Shown here piece after piece: positions 13,155 to 23,910 of a DNA stretch of 64,000 nucleotides. A program made the translations under genes and the position numbers. How positions within the stretch are numbered: position 1 is the stretch's first letter; each line of letters opens with the position of its first letter. Where the stretch lies: contig JBLDXI010000001.1 of NCBI GenBank assembly GCA_047495785.1, positions 2,170,001 to 2,234,000 on the forward strand. The letters are read 5' to 3'. The notes beneath the pieces are model-generated. The model did not search any database. It was not told the DNA's origin and saw nothing but the letters and a program-made list of their open reading frames with translations. Origin of the DNA: Lepidodermella squamata. Lineage: Eukaryota; Animalia; Gastrotricha.

Positions 13155-15231
13155 ATGAAATCTGCAATTTTAATATCCGCAGTAATTTTTTGGCCGAAAT
13201 TATGCGAATCGGCTGAAATCGCGAAGCTTTACGGCGGGAATATATTGACTGGACCTTACGCGTATGGTGAAAACGGAAGGCCTCATCTGCCGATAACACG
13301 TCACCCGAATGGCTCGTGTCAGTTCAAAAGCCGAGACGGGAAAATTGAGGTTTTCAATGCTAAATCGCAATTTATTTTAACCGGAAATATGACATCGGCG
13401 TTCAACTGCTCGACTGGACCGCGCGATGGGATAAACGGCGGATATGGGCCGATGGCCGACGCGTATTACAATGCGTTGAAAACGGTCGAGATGCTAATGC
13501 ACCCGAGATGGGGTGGGCTCGAAAAAGTTGTGGCGAACGATCGGCTGAAAATCTACGCTCACTATGGTCGAAAATTCGACGATGGTAAGAAGTTCCCAAT
13601 AATCAAAGATGGCGATGAATTAAAAAAATGAATAGTGAAAAAGATCAGCCTTGGAATTTATTAAGATGGGTCCTGCTTTTGGCGGAACCAAGAGGGTCTG
13701 TTGCGAAACCATGTTTGACCGTATGTGACCCTGGAACCGGAAAACCGGATTGAAAAAACCGGAAGCGGAACGAAATTTTAAATAATTATACGCCTCTTCT
13801 GAAATTTCTGGAATTTGAAAAATTGTAAATTCAAATATTTTACATTGCAACAATTCTGAACCTTGATTTCCGCAAAAATTATTTTCGAATCGAAATTTCT
13901 AAATTTTGAGAATTTATTTCCACGAATGTTAATTTTAATCTAATTTTAATTTAATTTAATTTCAGCTCAATTTAGGTCCGATACAAAAATTTTGTACGTC
14001 GGTGATGGCGATAGGAAGTTTTACCCGCTTGGAGTAAGTGATTGATTTGAAAGCTCTTTATAAATTTTTTGTTACCTTTTAGTTTTCAGACGTGTCTCGA
14101 CTTGATGGCCCATGAAATTGGGCACAGTGTCACCGACATGTTTTCAAACCTGATCTACGTCGGCGAATCAGGATGCCTAGGAGAGGGTAACATCCTCTTA
14201 TTTTAATCTTAATAAAAATTTTGATTTTTCGGCAATCTTGACCAGCTTTTTCTGACATAATAGCTGAAATGACAAAGTCTTATGTTCACCGGCGAAATGA
14301 TTTCAAAATCGCAACCGGATGTATGAAACAGGTAAGAAAAACCTCAGTACAATCGCATTTTTTCAAGATATTTGAATTTGCAGGATTTATACCTTCGAGA
14401 TATGTCCCTTCCAGTGCAATATTCTGAATTTTTCCCAACATGTGCTGAAGTTGATGGGAAAAAGTGTCAAGAGCCGCATGACTGCGCCTCAATTCCCAAC
14501 TTTATTTTCCACACTTTAGCCACGTCACGCGGCTGGTCGACGCAATTAGCGGGCCGAGCTTTCATTTTGGCAAATAGGCTCTACTGGCATCGCGAAACCT
14601 CGATAGGAGAAGCTGGTTGTAGCTTAAGCCGGGTCGTCCGGCTCAGCCGAATTGCTGGTGGAGATACAACCTCGGTTGTTCGAGCCTGGGCTGCAGTTGG
14701 GCTGAACATCACGCAATGCACTTTTCACGATCCTGAAGTGCCACTCTCTATCGAAGAGCTTCTACTAGCCAGTCGAACTTCGCGGAGGAAACTACCGGCC
14801 AAGGTTCGATATGTCAACAACCAGCTGCATTTTGGCCGGCAACGCATTGCCAGATTATCCAATTGCGAAATTTCCGAAGCCAATAGATTAGACAGGAATA
14901 GGATTATGCATTTCGTGGTTTCTGTGCCAATAGATTCTGCTTCTTTCACTGTCGATATTTTCGCATTTCGAGGCAGCCTAAATTTGTATCTCAAATTCGA
15001 CGAGCCGGCGACAGAGGTAGAATTTCTTGAAATTTAAGGAGTTTCCCATTAATTTTCTCATTATTTTTAAAGGATGGCTCTGATTTCTACGACGAAGGGC
15101 CGTCAGCTAATAAGACTTTAATCGGCCCGGTTAGGAATAGCGGAAAAGATGCTTTCATTATGGTCAAAAATAGGAGCTTATTTAACCTTAATTTTCTGAT
15201 TCACGCCTGTTTTTCCGGAAATTCTGAATAA
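13155..15231 (+). CDS. Second M4 metalloprotease paralog lacking the propeptide, multi-exon
   Basis: Signal peptide runs straight into AEIAKLYGGNILTGPYAYG. Also DGINGGYGPMADAYY, YVGDGD..FYPL, LMAHEIGH (~14102-14125), GESGCLGE|AFSD, EPHDCASIPNFIF..GWSTQLAGRAFILANRLYW and a PPC-like tail. Confidence 0.8.
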
Positions 15232-15512
15232 ATTTTATAAATTATGCATCGATTTTTTTTTTATTTCTGTATATCTATTTCGGTTTTGAGGGATGCGAAG
15301 GCAAACCACACCAAAAACATTGTCTCCTGCCACCATATATACGAGAACATTAGGGTATTGCTTTAATTGTTTAATCGGCGACTCGCAAATTTCAACCAAG
15401 CGAGTGATCGATTTTGAGCATAAATATGCGTTCAGTTGATTTGGGATTTTTCCTGTTCCTATTACTAAAACGCCAATATGTGCATTTCGAATTTTTTCTA
15501 ACTATTTAAATA

Positions 15513-16834
15513 ATGAAAAAATACGGTTGGCTGTTTTTAATTTCAATCCTAATTCCAGTCAGCCATTGCGCGCCGAGGAAAGCTGACAAGGATTACTTCT
15601 GCGATACTCTATACGAAGCATGTCCTTACCTCTCAAGTAAAACTGCGGTTCCCATTGAGGCAGATGGCCAAATGGTTAACGTCACCATGATATTTCTCCC
15701 TTCAAGCTCCATCGAAATACGAGATTCCGAACAAAGGTGCGAAGATTTAAATGCGACCTAAATAAAACTGCTAGAAAATTTATTTCAGCTTTCAAATTCA
15801 AGCGGACATTTTCATTCAATGGAAACTGCCGAAATGCGCTAACTGGGAAGTAGACAGGCCGGATTTGAATGTATCAAACATGTCGAAATTAATGATTGGG
15901 TACTGCACTCAAAGCTCGGATCAAATTTGGATTCCCAACTTGAAACACGCGAACAAGCTGGGCTCGAAAGTAACACCTTTGGACAGGTAGAATTTTTTCA
16001 TCAAAATTAGATTAATTTTTCATGCGGCGTTTTCTTCAGCAAAGGAGATGTCATTATTGCGAAGAGTGGAATTGCAGCATGGCAAATATCCGGAAGATAT
16101 ACTTCATCCTGCCCTCTTTCATTTAGGCGGTTAGTTGTTTAGTTCAAATTACAATTTCGAAATAGAAAAATAATTCCGATTATAGGTTCCCATTCGACAA
16201 GCAAATTTGCTCGATCAAAATCGAAGTAGCTAACTTATGGGAATCATTTATCACCAACATCTCCTCTGTTCCTCGTTTCCCATTAAAAGATGGTGAAATC
16301 CTGGGGGACTCTGATATATGGACCTTAGTGAGCAATTCCTCAATAACTTCTTCGCGCTACGCAAATAATTCTCGATCCGGGGTAGAATTCATATTTGAAG
16401 TAGAGCGGAAGGCTGAAACTTACCTCTACACAATATTTCTACCCATGGCTTTGATCAGTGTTCTTCAACTCAGCACCTTCGCCATGCCCGCTGAAATGCC
16501 AGATCGAGCCGCGTTTTCCATGACAGTTTTTCTCTGCTCATCAGTTTTGTTGTCAGTCATCACGCAAGATTTGCCGACAACGGCTGAATCGCTGTATTTG
16601 ACGCAAAATTTAGCCGCGCAAATGTCTCTCGGAGTTATAATTACAACTTACGCTATGATCACGTGCCGTCTCAGTTGTAACTACGAAGATTACTGGAAGG
16701 CGCCGGGCAAGATTTTCAAGAATTATCTGTCACGAATCGATTTGATGGATCTGGCTGCTTTTTCTGTCGCATTTCTGGCCTACATCATTCTTGACTTTGT
16801 TACTTTTTATTTTATGAAAGTGAAAACTGATTGA
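15513..16834 (+). CDS. Cys-loop ligand-gated ion channel subunit (divergent nAChR/5-HT3-like), four exons
   Basis: Signal peptide, IWIPNL, spliced Cys-loop CPLSFRRFPFDKQIC, ERKAETYLYTIFLP entering M1, four TM helices and a short M3-M4 loop. Confidence 0.85.
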
Positions 16835-17198
16835 CTGAACATCGCTTGAAAATATTTCTAAAATATAATATGGATTAAAATGTTAGGAAATTAAATATTA
16901 TAATTAATATTAAAAATACTAAAGCCTCAAATTTAGTGCTGGAACCAGGGTGGTACCAAGATGAATTTTTTTCAAATTACTTAATGCAACATGTTCGCGA
17001 GTTTCCAACATAAACGTTTATTTCACGGTCAAATTACAAATCGAAAAACAGGAAAGAAATAACATCGAAATCTTACTTTGAATAAAATCTCAGATATATA
17101 AAGAAACATTCCAAATCAAAATCACTTCTTATAAGGAGGATTTTTTTCAAAAAACCAAGAAATAATCACATAATCGCCAGAACTAGGGCATGAGAGTT

Positions 17199-18350
17199 TC
17201 AAATAATCATAGCAACATTATTCGGCGGTGAGATCAAAGCCGCCTGTCGTCTAGCCACCAAACTACTGCCAACCTCAGGTCGCAGAACAGGACTAGCTTT
17301 AAGGTAGACATTCGAATCGCCATTTTTAACCACCCCGCTATCCTCGTCGCTTTTCCGATTGCAACCCAGCGCAATTCTAGCAGCCGATTTAGCCAACAAT
17401 TTCGGCGAAATCAACGCCTTAGTCGCCATTTGCTGGTGGGTGGTGAAGGCCGGCAACTGGCGCCGGTAAGGCAAACCACTACTCGGCTCCTTATTAACAT
17501 TTAAATGAAGCAACAACAAACTGTCGCTATTATCTTCGTTATTATGCAGCCGTTGGTTGTGGCCTTTCAACATAAGGATGTTGTCATTCCTGCAATAGAA
17601 ATAACCATCATCGTCGTAGTTGTTTTCAAACCCACGACGATAACCGATTTGGCTGCCGATGGTGTTCGATCCGTTGTCGATTTTGTTCGAAAGGCTCTTC
17701 AAAGTACTCGCGTCGCCACTACAGGCGCCGATGAAGCCTGAATTATTTCGTTTATCCGATTTCCGATGGCAGCAAACCAGGTAGAAAATTATTCCGAAGC
17801 AAAGTAAAATCGCGAGGATACTCAACGAAAACGCCCAGTAGACAAAACTCGCCATCGATTCGTCGATAATAATTTTCGTAATTACAACCTCGTTAGTTTT
17901 GTTTGATATTTGATTTACCGGCGATCGGGTTACATTTGTAAGGGGTACCATAGTGGAACCGTGGTTATTACCACTGGCTTGCTGCTTAATTTCAGCTCGA
18001 ATTTTGTCGTAGAGGCGTTGCGTTTTCGCCAGTAAATCACCGGCGTCACGCATCATCGGCTCGCATCTAGCCATTGATTTCCAAAGCGATGTAACGTCTC
18101 GCTCGAATTCATTCACTTCATTGTGCAGCCCGACTAAGGATTGCGCGGTCGACTCTTGAAATCCGTAGAATGACGAACGCAACTCGTTGATGGTAGCATT
18201 AATTGCCTCGATTTGCTTCTGATTTTGCCGAACTTCGGCTTCGATCTCGGCGCTGGGTTGCGCTGTCGGCGACACGCTTGACTGCCTCACGATTATGTCC
18301 GCCTTAATAAAGGCTGCGCATTGAGCCAAAATTATCGCTGAAATCAGCAT
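17199..18350 (-). CDS. Type I membrane protein with coiled-coil-like ectodomain, function unknown
   Basis: Intronless 383-aa ORF with signal peptide, heptad-like segment (QIEAINATINELRSSF..LHNEVNEFERDV), a TM helix ending CCHRK and a low-complexity tail. Confidence 0.7.
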   Translation of the reverse strand: MLISAIILAQCAAFIKADIIVRQSSVSPTAQPSAEIEAEVRQNQKQIEAINATINELRSSFYGFQESTAQSLVGLHNEVNEFERDVTSLWKSMARCEPMMRDAGDLLAKTQRLYDKIRAEIKQQASGNNHGSTMVPLTNVTRSPVNQISNKTNEVVITKIIIDESMASFVYWAFSLSILAILLCFGIIFYLVCCHRKSDKRNNSGFIGACSGDASTLKSLSNKIDNGSNTIGSQIGYRRGFENNYDDDGYFYCRNDNILMLKGHNQRLHNNEDNSDSLLLLHLNVNKEPSSGLPYRRQLPAFTTHQQMATKALISPKLLAKSAARIALGCNRKSDEDSGVVKNGDSNVYLKASPVLRPEVGSSLVARRQAALISPPNNVAMII

Positions 18351-18668
18351 ATTTTAAGTTGGCTATAGTGAATCAAAGAATTTAGTTGTATTTAAAAAAT
18401 CACACTCGTGTGAAAAAAAATTAATCGCGGTTCATCCTTCATCCCTAGGGGTGACCAATTAAGGCGGCAGTAATGGCCATTACGTTTTTTAGCCACATAA
18501 TTAATGAAAGCATTTTTAATAAAATTATAAAGGTGGCTTGAATCGAAGAATTTGGATCTCGACATCAACATTATAATTAAATTTTAAATCATCAAATTCG
18601 CTAGAAAAGGCCTTTTTGAAATTTTGGAAATATAATTTTATTTTAAGAAACCAAAATACTTGGGTTAA

Positions 18669-19194
18669 AGTTTTTCACCTGCCATTTCATCAATTCGAGG
18701 AGATTCTCGCGTATCTAAAATAGATCGAAATGTTAATTTTTTATAATCACTCGGATTCGCTTGCCGGCTACTTGTTTGCTGGTCCCATTTAACTTGAAAA
18801 GTCGGTAAAATGCAGTTTTCACGTCTTTCTACCGAAGAGGGCCTTTTATGCCTAAATAGTGAAAATATATGCAAGTTACGATGCCCCCATTTCAAGCAAA
18901 TAAACGAGCTGGAGGTGATAGTGCGAGTCGTTGACATGTTTGCCCTCAGCTCTTCAAATGGCATTTGGAAAAAAATTGCGAACGTCTTTATATGTGTGGG
19001 AAAATGATACCTGCGTAAAAATCGTTGTTTTCAGCTCCCTTAAATAATTGAGTTTGCAGACCTGTTACTTGCCAACCGCTGATCACACGGCAATAGGCGA
19101 TGGTTCGGAAAAAAAACAGACGAGAATCCTCTTTGGAAAGGGTGTAGCCTCGTGGAAAAAGTTTTCGAATTGATGAAATGGCAGGTGAACAATT
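18669..19194. mobile_element. TTAA-flanked MITE (Kolobok-like by TSD and termini)
   Basis: TIRs agtttttcacctgccatttcatcaattcga and tcgaattgatgaaatggcaggtgaacaatt. TTAA at 18665-18668 and 19195-19198. Confidence 0.75.
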
Positions 19195-20615
19195 TTAACC
19201 TAAATTTTTTTTGGGCACGCTGTAGAAAAATTCCTTAAAATTCACAATTATTCGAAAAATGACCCTTTTAATAGGGTGCTTTGTTGCCAAGGTTTGAAAT
19301 TTGGTTCCGCTCCGGATACTAAATCAAAAATATCTACCATGCCACATTAATAATTGGTTACCAATTTCTCAGCATTTCTCGGAAATTCGGAGTAATTTTG
19401 ACAGAAACCGAAACTAAAAACGTTCATTTAATAACGAAAACAGAAGGGGATGAAAATGTGGGTATTTACAACGGCATTCCTAAGGGCCGAAAGCCCGCGG
19501 TGAGTAGATGGATTTTTTTTGTTCCAACCTTGCGAATACCCCTCGAGTGAGCTCCATAGTATCAATTAATTATATGTGCGCAAGAGGGCTGTAATAAAGA
19601 AGTCGCGGTGAATTATATTATCCTTTTTCACCGCATGGCCGAGAAATCGATGACACTCGACAAAGGAGCAAAGCGGTGGCGATCGTTCTATATATAATTG
19701 GTAAATTGTCATGTTGTCTTTACGCGAAAACTTTCAAGCGTTATATACATTAAAATAGAGACGTGCTTTTAATCGCAAGTTATGAATACTTAAACTATCT
19801 TTACAATCGACTTATTCCGCTGAAGAGAGGCGGCTCTTTCATATAATGAAAAATTAAGGAGGAAAATAGCCGATAGCTATACTACTATTTTGGATAGTGT
19901 CCACCTTAAGCTCTCTACATGAAATATTTTGCCCAAGGACACGCACTTATTTCGCATAATATCTTCCTTAAAAATTATACGTAAATAACAGAGCTATCTT
20001 GGGTGATTAATTTAATTTTCTCGATGACATGCAGCCAAAGTTTAATCATCCTAAAAAATCTCGAGTTAACGATACACTTGAAAAATTTGCGGTCGGACAA
20101 ATAATAACAGTCGATAAATAGAAAAAGCAAAAAGCAAACATCGAGTGCCCTCGGGCTGATTTAATCACTTTGGCCTGATAAAATTATCAAAATAATACGG
20201 GCATATAGGTATATAGGGAAAAAATTGAAATTTCGCGACGACAGGTAAACAACAGCCTCATTTGGCCGCGGCCGCGACAGGCGCATTACGACCGCGCGCG
20301 CATTTGTTTACACATTAATCGGTTGCTAAGGCGTGCAGAGAGATTTATGGTCTCGCTCATTTTCTGCTGCTGGACAAGAACTATCGTTTCGCACTGGTCG
20401 CTAAATATTCTGCCACAGAAAAAAAATCAAAATTGTCTTTCCGGGTCAATACCGCGACCAAAAGTTGCAATATCCCGATTTCCGGAATTTTATTTAATAA
20501 AAAAATCCTGAAAGTTTCATATTGTCAGAAAAATAATTTAAGTCGGATTCAGCTTATTGAAAATAAAAATCAGAAATATTTTTTCGGTCATTTAGCGAGG
20601 TAAATTTCGGCGACA

Positions 20616-22183
20616 TCAAACATTGGCGCCGTGATCGAGCAGGAAATTCGCCAAATCGGTGAAATTGTTCTTCGACGCGTTGAGAAGCGCCGTTTGGCCG
20701 TAATTCGACCTCGCATTGATATCCGCGCCTCGCAGCAGCAACAGCGTGACCATGTCGATATAGCCGTAATAAGCGGCACGCATCAGCGGCGTCACCGCGT
20801 CGTAATTAGCCGCATTCGCCAGGCCGCCCCGGTCTAGCAGGTACTGAGCTGCGTTCAACCGCGTCGCAGCCGGCGAAACCGTGTTTGAACTAACAAGCAG
20901 CAACGGCGAGCTTCCGTCTCGAGTTCTAACATTCGGATCAACGCCAACATCGAGCAACAATTTTATCATCGGCGTATTTGCGTTCATAGCCGCGAAGTGG
21001 AGCGCGTTATATCGGTCGTTAGTCGTGCCATTTCTATCAACTCCGCGGTCTAGAAGTAGTTTGACAGTGTCCGTTCGGTTGTGATAGGCCGCTAAAGATA
21101 ACACAGTGCCGTTAGTGTAGTTATAAGGGTCTTGTTTAGCGACGACTGAAGTGATATAGGCGACTCGAGTATTTTGCCACTCCGCTCCTTTATCCATCAA
21201 AAATCTGTAAAAAAAAACGGTAAAAATCGTTTTTCATCTTATTAATTTTCCTCACCTCACGACTTCAGTTCGCCCGTACTCAGCAGCTACGGCCAGGGCA
21301 GTAAACCCGTCAACATCTTTCGCGTTTAGGAACACACGCCGGAAGTACATGAGCCTGACCGCCGCCAGGTGGCCACCCTGCGCCGCGAAATGCAGCGCCG
21401 TCCATCGCCTCGAGTTCGTATCGTTAATCCGAGCGCCGAAATCAAGAAATAAATCAAGAATCGCCGTGTTGCCAAACGTAGCCGCCGCGCTCAAGGCAGT
21501 AAAACCGAGCACAGTTCGCGAATTCACCTGAGCTTGACGGGTGATTAACAGTCGTATCATGTCGTCGTAATTAGTCTCAGCCGCGTAAATTAATGGTGTA
21601 TAGCCCTGGCTGCAAATTGCGTTTACATCGGCACTGGCGTCGAGAAGAGCTCGAGCCGCGGCTAGTTTTCGATTTTTCGCCGCCAGGCAGAGTGGCGTGT
21701 CTCCGGCTTGAGTTCGAACATCGACCGGGGCTCGTTTGTCTAACAAAACTCTGAGAAGTTCCATATTACCGCGTTCCGCAGCCAAACTCAGTGAAGCGTA
21801 ACCATTCGGACCACGCTGATTAATGTATAGGCAGCTATCAGTAAAGTCGCATGATGGCCCTAGAAGTTCGACGTTTCGGGTACTGTTTAGCAGGGAAATA
21901 ACCGTGCTGATATCGCTACGATTCGCCGCATCGAATAGGTCTTTGTTATGCGACTCGTGCTTATGGAAAATAATTAAAAAAATCCAGCTTAAAATATTTG
22001 AGTTAAGGAAAAAAAACTCACTGAGTCCTCCTCGCTGGAATGATGATGATGACGACCAATGCCCCACAGCCAATTGATGCTTCCGCCGCCGCCGCCACCA
22101 CCGCCACCTCCGTAAACGAGTTCCGCGGCCAAAACCACAGCGACGATAGCAACGTGAGCTGTAAACCTTGAAAACAACTTCAT
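20616..22183 (-). CDS. Ankyrin-repeat protein with N-terminal signal peptide, three exons
   Basis: Exon 1 MKLFSRFTAHVAIVAVVLAAELVYG-G9-SINWLWGIGRHHHHSSEEDS. Intron 21960-22021 joins it in frame to about 12 ankyrin repeats (TPLxxAA..G). Second intron ~21205-21255. Confidence 0.85.
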
Positions 22184-23025
22184 TTTTTTTCAAGACGTCG
22201 ACTGAGGTAAAAAAGCTTTTCTACCGACGTCAAGTGCACATGGACGAACATCATGTCGTGGCGACATTAGCCCGGTGTAATCCTTAGGTTAATGCATCGA
22301 TGTTAACATCATGAAAGCACGAGTATCTGTGGGTTAACATCGCTGGCACAGGACATTACGGAACAAAAGCTGAGAAATAAATTAAAAAAATCCACCCTAA
22401 TTGGAAAAATCTTGTTCTTACAAGCAAATGACCTTGCAGCGGCATTGGTGTAATAAAATTTCAGTGCGCGCGCGAAAGGGGCTACGCACGCACATTTGCA
22501 GTGCAACCCCAATTTTTCGCGTTTGGTGCGTAATTTTTTTCAACGGGTGCAGCTAACCCAAGAGCAAGTTACAAATTCTTAAAGCTCTGTCTTTCAGCTA
22601 TCAGAATATCTAAACATTATACTTAAATTCGACAAAATAAGGTATTTAACACGGTGCAAACAAAAACAGGTAAGCACACAGTGTGACATGCTTAATTTGA
22701 CTTTTCCACGCAACATGATGAGTTTTGAAAATCATAAATCAGCAAATTTTATATCAGTTTATTGCCTTGTTTTTAGGCTTTCTGAAAATATATTGATTGT
22801 GGGAAAATTTGCCACGATCGCGGAGAAATCGATAGAAAATCGAAGCTAGGTAGGGACAAAAGTGTGTGTGCGAGAGGGCACGCACATAATCCCTCGGCGA
22901 GGTCCGTTTGTGGCAAACGCGAGGTCAGTCGACGCACACACTCACTTTCATATCTACAAGTTTGCTCTCTCGCATTCACTTGCTTTTGTTACATTTGTTT
23001 CTTCCTCTCAACGTAAATTTTCATC

Positions 23026-23722
23026 ATGACTGACGCTGCTCCCGCTACAACTGCCTCGCCCAAGACCGTCAAGAAGGCCAAGACTGCCAAGCCGAAGGCG
23101 GCCGCTGCCCATCCGAAGTACGCCGACATGATCGTCGCTGCGATTACTGCTCTGAAGGAACGCGGCGGATCGTCTCGCCAGGCCATCGCCAAGTACATCA
23201 CCTCGCATTTCAACGTTGGCAAGGACGACAAGAAGATCAACGCCCACCTGCGTCTCGCTTTCAAGCGCCTCGTCACGTCGAAAGCTCTTGTTCAAGTGAA
23301 AGGCTCGTTCAAGGTTGGCGAAAAGAAGGTCGAGAAGAAGGTGAAGAAGGCCAAGGTCGCGAAGCCGAAGTCGCCGAAGAAGGCCGGTGCTAAGAAGACT
23401 GGCGCCAAGAAAGCTGTCAAGAAGGCCGCCGCTGCCCCAGCTGCTGCTGGTGGAGACGCTGCAGCTGCCCCGGCCGCCGCTGCTAAGCCTGCTAAGGTAA
23501 ATTGAATTATTATTGACCAATTCAAGTAATTATTTCTTGTTTTCAATTCAGGCCAAGAAAGCCGCGAAACCGAAAGCTGCTAAGAAGGCCGCGTCACCCA
23601 AGAAGCCCAAGTCGCCCAAGGTGAAGAAAGCAGCAGCTGCGAAACCGAAGAAGGCCGCTGCGGCGAAGAAACCGAAAGCTGCGAAGAAGGCGTCGCCGAA
23701 GAAAGCCGCTGCCAAGGCGTGA
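23026..23722 (+). CDS. Linker histone H1, intron-containing (replication-independent type)
   Basis: [30 protein letters not shown] globular domain and a K/A/P-rich tail with SPKK motifs. Intron 23497-23551; AATAAA at ~23825. Confidence 0.95.
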
Positions 23723-23910
23723 AAACTGACACTGTTGATTGTGTCTCTTGTCTCTGTTTTTTCTACTCGTTTTTTTGTGAATCACCCGATGCTAGTTCAA
23801 CTATTGTAAGCCGCTTTTGTGCTCAATAAAATGATCAAACGGTTTTTGTAATTGATTTATTTGATTGTCGGTGTAATAAGGCAGTTACAACAATTCCACC
23901 TTAATTTTCT

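Noticed and set aside
8183-15231. Bacterial contamination as the source of the M4 genes
   Set aside because: Numerous GT-AG introns of host-typical size and contiguity with animal genes.
21252-22193. Arg/Trp-rich N-terminus in the 313-aa ORF call
   Set aside because: Read-through of an intron in the wrong frame; the spliced signal-peptide exon fits better.
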